Of a DNA stretch of 64,000 bases, positions 56,640-64,000 are shown piece after piece. This DNA is from a bacterium (GTDB lineage: Bacteria > Electryoneota > Electryoneia > Electryoneales > Electryoneaceae). The notes under the pieces were generated by a model that saw only the letters and a program-made list of their open reading frames with translations, was not told the DNA's origin and did not search any database. Both the position numbers and the translations under genes were made by a program. The stretch spans positions 640,001 through 704,000 of the forward strand of contig OY769902.1 in NCBI GenBank assembly GCA_963669175.1, given 5' to 3'. The stretch's first letter is position 1. Every line of letters begins with the position of its first letter.

Positions 56640-58583
56640 TCACACCTGGTTGGGGTTGTTGTCGTCGGAAACCGTGATATACCCGCTGTCGCTTTCGTCA
56701 CGTATCGATTCACGCAGGCGTTTGAACATCTTCTTCAGATCAAACACACCGCCAATGGTGAACCAGAAGATGGAAATAACAGCGATAACTACGTGAAAAT
56801 AAACATAGAACTGCCAGAATTTCATCCAGGATTCATCAGGAACATCATGAGACAGGTTGTGTATCGTACCCACGATAAACACAATCGTCCACCCAAAGGT
56901 AATCACATAATTCAGCAGGAAGATGAATTTGTCACCAACAGTAAACTCCCGGCCCATACCCAGTATTTTCCACAGGGTCTTGGGTTCAGCGTTGATAATC
57001 TTCGTTTCGTTGGCTGTATCGTATTCCCCACGATGCAGCAGTTTGTCCATGTTGTGCGATTTCTTCCCGGACAACAGGGAAATGGTCACATACAATAACG
57101 ATGATCCGATCATGCCAATGGCCCAGAACTGCTGGCCGTTGATCGGAAAATCATCGTAGATCTGGTGCAAAATGATACCGCCAACCGCCACAGTTGAGCC
57201 AAACAACATGGCGGTCCAAGCTGCGGCAGTGGTGCCACGCTTCCAGTAGAGCCCGCCTATAATCACCGCCCCGGACCCGCCGGCGAAAATCGCGCCGGTA
57301 ATAGCGAAGAACAGGAAAATGTACTGACTCTGTTTAAATAACAGGCTGAAGAAGAAAATGAAAATCGCCACACCAATAATGGACAACCGTAACACCTTGA
57401 TATGTTGCTGCGGTGTGAACGGTTTCTTCCGGAAGGGCATGATCACATCCTGCACCATGATACTGCCCCAGGAGTGCAGGTAGCTATCGTGGGTGCTGAT
57501 AAAGGCCGCCAACATCACCGCTGCAAACGCCCCCATCAACCCGACCGGCAACAGATGTGTCAACACCAGAGGAACCCGCAACTGGCTCTGGATCGCATCA
57601 CCCTCAACTCCTGCCAGCACAGCGTTTACTTCGGTGGCAATGGCGCTGAAATCCGGGTGCTTCAGAACGGTATAAGCGATAATCGGTACAAAGGTGAGCA
57701 TGATGGCCTGGGGAGTGCCACGCCACCCGGCGAGCATGCCCGCCATCTTGGCTTCATGGGCGCTGGTCGCAGAAGCGTTGTACCCCTGTGTTCCCTGCCA
57801 GGACATCGCCCCGTAAAACACCCCGAAAATTCCGATCAGGAAATACCAGAAGTTGAAATCCTCGATATGGCTTGTCTTGAACGGATTGATCAACGAAGCC
57901 TGTTCCGGGGCTGCTTCCAATGTCGTGAAAATGTGGGCCCAGTCTACCTTGGTCATCAGGAACAGCAGCATCAGCACAAATACAATATTGATAAACGCGC
58001 CCTGGATAAAGTCGGACACGATAATCGCGATCTGCCCCCCGGCAAAGACGAAGTACAGGGAAATCGCCAGCAGGGATCCCATAATGATCGGGAACACGGG
58101 AAGATTGATCGCACCCAGCGGCAGTGTGTCGGGAATGTTGCAGTAATACATGAAAAAGCGCGTTCCCACGGATGGGAAAATGCCGAAGTTGACCAACCCG
58201 GAGAAAGCGGCCAGCATTCCGGCAAAAACACGGAAATTCCGGCTGTAGCGTTTCTGGAAAAACTCGGCGAGAGTCATGCAGCGTGTTTGACGGAAACGGT
58301 AGGTCACCCAGCCTATAACCGTCATGAACAGGATGACAACGGCTGTGGTCATGCCCCACCAGGACATGGAGAACCCGGCCTGCAAGTTCATTTCCAGATT
58401 GCCGACAATGGTGATCGCCCCCAACCCGGCAACTCCGCTGGACACGGTTATCAAATAGCGTCCGGCGCTACGTCCCGCAGCCAGGAAATCGGCCACGCTT
58501 TTCATCATCCGCTTGCTGACTACAATCGAGGCCAGCAGGAAAAGAAACATCACGGCCACAATGGCCCAGTCAATCGCAGTCAT
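56640..58583 (-). CDS. Sodium:solute symporter (SSS) family transporter
   Basis: IDWAIV, DFLAAGRS, TLAEFFQKRYS, AVMLAAFIST, GLYWKRGT; about 14 TM segments. Confidence 0.92.
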   Translation of the reverse strand: MTAIDWAIVAVMFLFLLASIVVSKRMMKSVADFLAAGRSAGRYLITVSSGVAGLGAITIVGNLEMNLQAGFSMSWWGMTTAVVILFMTVIGWVTYRFRQTRCMTLAEFFQKRYSRNFRVFAGMLAAFSGLVNFGIFPSVGTRFFMYYCNIPDTLPLGAINLPVFPIIMGSLLAISLYFVFAGGQIAIIVSDFIQGAFINIVFVLMLLFLMTKVDWAHIFTTLEAAPEQASLINPFKTSHIEDFNFWYFLIGIFGVFYGAMSWQGTQGYNASATSAHEAKMAGMLAGWRGTPQAIMLTFVPIIAYTVLKHPDFSAIATEVNAVLAGVEGDAIQSQLRVPLVLTHLLPVGLMGAFAAVMLAAFISTHDSYLHSWGSIMVQDVIMPFRKKPFTPQQHIKVLRLSIIGVAIFIFFFSLLFKQSQYIFLFFAITGAIFAGGSGAVIIGGLYWKRGTTAAAWTAMLFGSTVAVGGIILHQIYDDFPINGQQFWAIGMIGSSLLYVTISLLSGKKSHNMDKLLHRGEYDTANETKIINAEPKTLWKILGMGREFTVGDKFIFLLNYVITFGWTIVFIVGTIHNLSHDVPDESWMKFWQFYVYFHVVIAVISIFWFTIGGVFDLKKMFKRLRESIRDESDSGYITVSDDNNPNQV

Positions 58584-58654
58584 CTCACGCCTGTATCAAA
58601 TCAATCGTGTCGGGGGTTTTCTTTGTGCATATCCACATCGGTTGTCATATACAT

Positions 58655-58863
58655 CGTCAGGTCACACGCATGAAAAGCATATGCGCAAGACCTGACGAAA
58701 CTTGATGTGTCTGTTCTGGTAAACCTGTTACGTCGAGAAAGACGAACCCGGTACGCCAGGCAAGACGAAACTAAGGACGCTGGTCTGAACTAAACAATTA
58801 TGTCGGGCCCGGCGAAACCAGTTGTGTCGGGTCTTGATTCGCGAAGCGGATTGTGACCCGACA
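58655..58863. repeat. Short-spacer members of REP-like family B
   Basis: CGTCAGGTCACA...CAAGACCTGACG (58655-58697) and TGTCGGGTCTTG...TTGTGACCCGACA (58825-58863). Confidence 0.7.
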
Positions 58864-58900
58864 CGCGTTCTCCTTGACCAACCCTAAATAGAAGATCGAT

Positions 58901-60025
58901 TCACCTGGATAAGTTTACCTCAATAATGCTGCCATCTTCTGTCAGGACATAAAGCGTGTCTGATTGCGTCAACTTTATAATCAATTCGTACCCGCGAATG
59001 GTCTTTATATAGCTCTGAATGTGACAGCCCTCAGGAAGAGGCGCCACGTTGTCCAGATCATCCAGTTTTTCGACAAAAGCTCTGTGCTGTCCGGAATACA
59101 CACGTTGTTGATAATACACGTTACGCATCCACCAGCGCAGTTGTTCTTCGGCTGACGTGGCAGGAGAAACGACGTCTGTTCCGGTCTGATCGTCTGTGAA
59201 TATGACATACCCCCACAGCTCCGGGTAGTGCATCGCGATCAATCCCTGCGGACTCCAGACCCAGTTGGATTCAGGGAACGGAGTTCCCGTTTCCGGGTTA
59301 ATTCGCCTGGTGTAACCATCTGCGGTTTGGTCCAGCTTCCATTGCACGCGCGAGAAATTGATGCGCCAGTATTCGCCGGGGTCGGGTGGTGAATTTACAG
59401 TCGTAACCTGCTCAAAAGCCTTCCATGGCATCGCAATCTCGATTGACCAGCCTTTGTCGGTATCGCTGGGGTTATTCAGGGCGCCATCCAGGTGAACCGC
59501 CGTTTGGAGGCCGGGAATATTATAACCATCTACCGCATGGCCATCATCACGATAGGGCATGGTGATCAACAAGTCCCATTCGGTACCCAGGGCGTTTACT
59601 TCCAGCTCGACATAGTTGTGCGTATCGCCGTCAGGATCGATGAACACTTCGAAATCGTTATCGAAAAATATCACCGCATCACGTTCCCGCAGGGTTCCCC
59701 ACAGGTGCGGTTCTTCCATTTCGGCGTAGATGTACAGGTTGGCATCATCCCATAACATTTTCATCCGTGTGGAAAACTCCGGACGTGGCTTGCTGCTCCC
59801 TTCGATATCGACAAACTCCTCAGACCAGAACGCTTGCGCCCAAACAGGTTCATTGGCGACGCCATCGATGGTAATCTGGCTGGATGTGTGTATACAGGTG
59901 TAGGAACGTGGGGCAAATTCGGCGGTTGGAAACGGTTCTGAATCAAAAGGCGCTACGGCAGACACAGTGCTGACCAGGCAGGTCATAGCTACCAGGAAGA
60001 ATAGGTATCTCACAGAATCTCGCAA
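58901..60025 (-). CDS. Exported carbohydrate-binding family 9-like (CBM9/DOMON-like) protein
   Basis: Signal peptide; IDG..NE..W, MLWDDANLY, DNDFEVFIDPDGD, WSIEIAMPW, WRINFSRVQW, WVWSPQG..MHYPE.WG. Confidence 0.85.
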   Translation of the reverse strand: MRDSVRYLFFLVAMTCLVSTVSAVAPFDSEPFPTAEFAPRSYTCIHTSSQITIDGVANEPVWAQAFWSEEFVDIEGSSKPRPEFSTRMKMLWDDANLYIYAEMEEPHLWGTLRERDAVIFFDNDFEVFIDPDGDTHNYVELEVNALGTEWDLLITMPYRDDGHAVDGYNIPGLQTAVHLDGALNNPSDTDKGWSIEIAMPWKAFEQVTTVNSPPDPGEYWRINFSRVQWKLDQTADGYTRRINPETGTPFPESNWVWSPQGLIAMHYPELWGYVIFTDDQTGTDVVSPATSAEEQLRWWMRNVYYQQRVYSGQHRAFVEKLDDLDNVAPLPEGCHIQSYIKTIRGYELIIKLTQSDTLYVLTEDGSIIEVNLSR

Positions 60026-60143
60026 TGGTAACTCTCCTGTTTGTCGCGCCGGGAAACGACATTTTGCAGTGCTGGTAGACTGTGGAATATCGGATACAGG
60101 TACAGCAAGAGCAACCCTTTAGGAGGGCGAGGGCATCACAAGA

Positions 60144-60300
60144 ATTCACAGGATGAACAAGATGAAAGGGACAAACAGGATAACTTAAGAATTTTGAGGT
60201 ATAACCTCGCGTGCCATTACAAATCAAATTCTACTTTATAGCCTGTTCATTTTGTTCTTATCTTTTTGTTTTTCTTGGCGTTCTTTGCGCCTTTGCGTGA
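60144..60300. repeat. 9-nt-periodic intergenic repeats
   Basis: CAGGATGAA CAAGATGAA...CAGGATAA and CTTGGCGTT CTTTGCGCC TTTGCGTGA. Similar CAGGAT repeats occur at 63716-63781. Confidence 0.5.
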
Positions 60301-60309
60301 AATGTTCAG

Positions 60310-61272
60310 TTATTCTTTGCAGGCAGTGATCAGATCGCTAACCGTAGCCGTCGCCAGCCCGACTACCGTATCCGCTGCGCCATAGTAGACGGACACAACA
60401 CTTTCCGGCGTCGCAACCCCTTCTTCATCCACCTTATCCACCACCATCCCGGAGGGGAACACCACATTGGGCACCTGCCCGACCTGTTCGTATAGCTCCC
60501 GTGGTTCCAGGATATTGTACCGCGTTCGTCCGATAATTTTAGCAGGATCATCCAAATCCAGCAAACATGCTCCTGCCTGGTAAATGTTTGCGCTGCCGAA
60601 ATGGGTAGCTACCCCGTGGTAAAGCAGCAGCCAGCCAGCGTGTGTTTTCACCGGTGGCGGCCCGGCGCCGATAAGTTCGTCCCAATAATGCGGATGCCCC
60701 TGCAGGATAAATCCCACATCCTTCCATGTCTCAAGGTCTTCCGACTGACGTAGACGTATCCTTTCGCCGCTGAAAGGCTCGCCAGGTTGAAGGCTGATAT
60801 TTGGACGATCCAGCAACAGGTATTTTCCATCTATCTTATCCGGAAACAGGACACCATTACGGGTGTCCTCATCTAACACGCCCCCGATTACCTTCCAGTG
60901 CAGCCAGTCGATTTTTTCAGCAATGACAAGACGGCAACCAGTTTCTATGTCTACCGCTACCACCATCCGTATACGGTCGTCGAGTCGGGTCAGACGTGGA
61001 TCATAGACATGATAAATCGTGCTGTACAGATCATTCAGTCCGTCTATGGTGATTGGATCCTCATCCACATGAAACGAGATCCCATCCTTGCTGAAAGCGT
61101 GCATCAAGAATGTCTCGCGTCCACGGTTCTGCACACGCAACACCAGGTGAACCAAACCTTCTGCTTTCACTGCGCCCGGGTTAAAAACCGAAGAGACATC
61201 GGTTACTTCAGGATAAACACCGGGAATATCGGTTCGTGTCAGGATCGGGTTCTGTTGATGACGGATGAGCAT
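60310..61272 (-). CDS. GH130 beta-mannoside phosphorylase/glycosidase (Man-beta-1,4-GlcNAc phosphorylase-like)
   Basis: NPIL, VFNPGA, YDPR, RNGVLFP, DRP, IGAGPPP, YHGV, GQVPNVVFPSG, YYGAADT. Confidence 0.92.
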   Translation of the reverse strand: MLIRHQQNPILTRTDIPGVYPEVTDVSSVFNPGAVKAEGLVHLVLRVQNRGRETFLMHAFSKDGISFHVDEDPITIDGLNDLYSTIYHVYDPRLTRLDDRIRMVVAVDIETGCRLVIAEKIDWLHWKVIGGVLDEDTRNGVLFPDKIDGKYLLLDRPNISLQPGEPFSGERIRLRQSEDLETWKDVGFILQGHPHYWDELIGAGPPPVKTHAGWLLLYHGVATHFGSANIYQAGACLLDLDDPAKIIGRTRYNILEPRELYEQVGQVPNVVFPSGMVVDKVDEEGVATPESVVSVYYGAADTVVGLATATVSDLITACKE

Positions 61273-61393
61273 GATGGTTTCCTTTGGGTCAACACGTTGA
61301 CATCTGCAAGATAAGCGATTCAGTCAAGCTGGTAAATGTGCCAATCTCCTGATGATAACACCCTTTCGTTCCAAGAGCTTGCCTCCACGTGAA

Positions 61394-61422
61394 TTGCGCC
61401 TGAGAAGGAAATATGTTATTCT
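61394..61422 (+). promoter_or_regulatory. Putative extended -10 sigma70 promoter of the DUF4838 gene
   Basis: TTGCGC-17 nt-TATTCT with TG at 61414-61415; GGAGG at 61442. Confidence 0.45.
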
Positions 61423-61458
61423 CCTCTCAGTCTTTAGCTTCGGAGGTTGCTGCCCACG

Positions 61459-63702
61459 ATGAAGTGTCCATGGTTCGCTATTCCTGCAGTTTTTCTTTCT
61501 GCTTTTGTCGTATTCTCGTCTGATGCGTCCGCCCACAACCAGGCCCCGACCAGTTCCGATGCAGTGCATCTGGTCAAAGACAGCAAAAGTGTTTTCAGCA
61601 TCTATATACCCGGCGACGAGCTGACCGAAACCGCTGAAACATTGCAACGCTATATCCGGCAGATCTCCGGCGCCACGTTGCCCATCCTGCAGCAGGACGC
61701 TCCGGACCGGAACAGCATTGTTTTTGTCCTGAACGAGGCTGACACCGCTTTCCATGAAGATGGCTTCCTCATCCAGGCCACGGACGAATCCATACGTTTC
61801 ACCGCACATACGCCTCGTGGCCTGCAGAATGCCGTCTACACATTCCTTGAGACCTATCTCGGCTGCCGGAAATACAGCGTGCGTGTCGAGGTTATTCCGA
61901 ATACTCCGACTATCATATTGCCTGAAATTGATGATACCCAGATTCCGCTTCTAAGCTTTCGTCTGCAAGATTTCAAAGACGAGGATTATGCGGCGTGGCA
62001 CAAGTTGAGTTCGCTGGAAGAATGGGGACTGTTCGTTCATACGTTTGATGACCTGGTGCCGCCAGAAGTGTATTTCAAGGATCACCCGGCTTATTTTGCT
62101 GAAAACCAGGGCGTTCGTGTCGCTGACGGCCAGCTCTGTTTGACCAACCCCGATGTGCTGCTGATTGTGGAAGAAGACCTGCGCAAACGCATGCGTATCA
62201 ACTCCACGGCGAAATACTGGTCGGTTTCCCAGAACGATACCTACATCCCCTGCGACTGTGAGGTGTGCCGGGCGATCAATGGCGAAGAGGGAGCGCCTTC
62301 GGGTTCAATCCTGCGTTTTGTCAACCAGGTGGCCGAAAAGTTCCCCGACAAAGTGATCTCCACCCTGGCTTACCAGTATTCACGTCGCGCGCCAGCTATC
62401 ACAAAACCGGCGGCCAATGTAAACATCATGCTGTGCAGCATTGAATGTGACCGCAGCCGACCCATTGCCGAAAATACCGGCAATGCTTCCTTCGCGCGTG
62501 ATGTGCAGGAATGGAGCGAGTTGACACACAATATTTTCCTCTGGGATTATGTGATTCAGTTCCGAAACCTGGTCAGCCCGTTTCCCAACCTTTACGTCCT
62601 CCAGCCAAACATGCAGTTTTTTGTCGAAAGCGGCATTACCGCCGTATTCGAACAGGGACTGGCCGAGATGCACGGTGAATTTGCCGAGTTGCGCGCTTAC
62701 CTGCTTTCCAAGCTTTTGTGGGATCCGTATGTGGACATGGACAGCGTGATGACCGATTTTCTGGACGGCTATTATGGTGATGGCGGGCCGTATGTCCGGA
62801 AATACATTGACACCATGCACGCTGCCCTGAAACGATCCGGCGAGGGACTATCCAGCTTCGGCTACCCCTTCCCGTCGGAAGATGGCTACCTGTCCGCGGC
62901 GATGATTGACAGCTACCGTGTCATTTTCAACGAAGCCGAGCTTGCGGTGAAAGATCAGCCGGTATACCTGGAACGTATCCGGACCGCACGTCTCCCGCTT
63001 CAATATGCGCGCCTGGAACAGGCGAAACTATTGGCCTACGGCAATAACGGCTGTTTTGCGTTGGATGATGAAGGCGCGCGAACTGTACGTCCCGAGTATG
63101 CCGCATTGCTGGATACGTTTTGTATTCGCTGCGAACGTGATGGCACTCGTAAACTCTGGGAACATGGCATATCGCCGGAAGAATACCATGAAACCACGCT
63201 GGCGTTCTGGGAAGGCAGCACCACCCCACATGCCGCCTTGGATTGTACGGTAGCTTTGACAACTCCGGCCAGCGCCAAGTATCACAATGGCGAAGCTACG
63301 GCGCTGACCAATGGGTTTGTCGCGTGGAACGATTACCACATGCACTGGCTCGGGTTCGAAGGTGAAGACATGGAAGCTACCATCGACCTGGGACGTGAAA
63401 TCAGCCTGTCACGGATCGAGACTGCATTCCTTCAGGACGAAATTTCCTGGATATTCCTTCCGGTCGAAGCTGAGTTTTCTGTCTCGCGTGACGGTATTAC
63501 CTTTGTCAAACTGGGAACTGTCCCGGCATCGCTGGACCCGGCACATCATCAAGCGACCCGTGTACCGGCTGTGGTATCGTTTGAACCAAGGGAGGCGCGG
63601 TATGTGCGGGTTAAGGCGGTCAATATGAAACAGTGTCCGTCCTGGCATAAAGGCGCTGGCGGGAAAGCATGGATTTTCTGTGACGAGATCAAGGTGTATT
63701 GA
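61459..63702 (+). CDS. Exported DUF4838 protein with GH20/GH67-like N-terminal domain and C-terminal F5/8 (discoidin/CBM32-like) domain
   Basis: Signal peptide; YIRQISGATLPI, AVYTFLE.YLGCR, YFKDHP.YF, QLCLTNP, SQND..CDC..C, STLAYQYS, WDY, YLLSKLLWDP; C-terminal IDLG...ARYVRV...WIFCDEI. Confidence 0.85.
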   Translation: MKCPWFAIPAVFLSAFVVFSSDASAHNQAPTSSDAVHLVKDSKSVFSIYIPGDELTETAETLQRYIRQISGATLPILQQDAPDRNSIVFVLNEADTAFHEDGFLIQATDESIRFTAHTPRGLQNAVYTFLETYLGCRKYSVRVEVIPNTPTIILPEIDDTQIPLLSFRLQDFKDEDYAAWHKLSSLEEWGLFVHTFDDLVPPEVYFKDHPAYFAENQGVRVADGQLCLTNPDVLLIVEEDLRKRMRINSTAKYWSVSQNDTYIPCDCEVCRAINGEEGAPSGSILRFVNQVAEKFPDKVISTLAYQYSRRAPAITKPAANVNIMLCSIECDRSRPIAENTGNASFARDVQEWSELTHNIFLWDYVIQFRNLVSPFPNLYVLQPNMQFFVESGITAVFEQGLAEMHGEFAELRAYLLSKLLWDPYVDMDSVMTDFLDGYYGDGGPYVRKYIDTMHAALKRSGEGLSSFGYPFPSEDGYLSAAMIDSYRVIFNEAELAVKDQPVYLERIRTARLPLQYARLEQAKLLAYGNNGCFALDDEGARTVRPEYAALLDTFCIRCERDGTRKLWEHGISPEEYHETTLAFWEGSTTPHAALDCTVALTTPASAKYHNGEATALTNGFVAWNDYHMHWLGFEGEDMEATIDLGREISLSRIETAFLQDEISWIFLPVEAEFSVSRDGITFVKLGTVPASLDPAHHQATRVPAVVSFEPREARYVRVKAVNMKQCPSWHKGAGGKAWIFCDEIKVY

Positions 63703-63804
63703 CATTTATCCCCTCACAGGATACCAGGATAGAAGAATATCAAGGATTTATGTTTGTAGAATGTACAGGATAAACAGGATGGTAAAGATTGAAACATTAG
63801 GCTG

Positions 63805-64000
63805 CTCACAAGAATTTGTGCATACTATCGACGAGCACGTTTCGTCAGGTCTTGACGTGATGCCTTTTCTTGTTCTTCTCCGTAATTTCAGATTTCTGTC
63901 CGACTTCACACCTGCTATTTCGCATGATAGATCGTCATCAGGCATCACGTTGTGACCTGACGACAGCGAGAGTGCTGATACCGGTGGCAGGTCACAACAC
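63805..64000. repeat. Inverted copy of REP-like family B element (runs off window end)
   Basis: 63811-63863 equals the reverse complement of 10644-10696 with 3 mismatches in 53 nt. 63941-63962 is the exact reverse complement of 10548-10569, and 63985-63998 of 10512-10525. Confidence 0.85.

Noticed and set aside
844-58673. Long opposite-strand ORFs (844-1794, 7832-8818, 39289-40074, 48172-48906, 51047-51838, 52835-53929, 57402-58673)
   Set aside because: Antisense shadows of well-supported genes, with no recognisable motifs.

Overview
Bacterial chromosomal window of roughly 50% GC. It probably comes from a non-Bacteroidota FCB-group lineage: T9SS-type C-terminal sorting domains occur together with strong Shine-Dalgarno sites, sigma70-type promoters, CheX/PilZ and a c3-type cytochrome (taxon is an inference). 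From left to right: (1) the 3' part of an NrfD/HybB-type membrane protein fused to a six-heme c3-like cytochrome, followed by an unlisted 47-aa Cys-rich membrane microprotein; (2) a secreted multidomain metallophosphoesterase, dinD, a GH13 lipoprotein and corA; (3) a ~30.5-kb tandem array of six ~1,670-aa gingipain-like (peptidase C25) proteins with T9SS-type tails, one of them frameshifted; (4) a housekeeping block (pyrF, PilZ protein, two lipoproteins, pyrE, MBL hydrolase, cyclophilin, orphan GAK-type ATP-grasp, cheX, yciH); (5) a SusCD-less N-glycan utilisation locus (GH130, CBM9-like, SSS, GH38, PNGase F-like, GH20, divergent DUF4838). Best candidate for a new system: all seven sorting-signal-bearing proteins carry ELD(E). 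In the six C25 proteins it sits at three positions analogous to those where gingipains are cleaved after Arg/Lys, and in the phosphoesterase it ends a short pro-segment. This suggests an acidic-P1 (caspase-like) C25 maturation code, in an array where three copies have degenerate active sites. Several REP-like repeat families fill the intergenic regions. No rRNA, tRNA, CRISPR array or transposase was seen. Family assignments come from motif recognition only; no searches were run.
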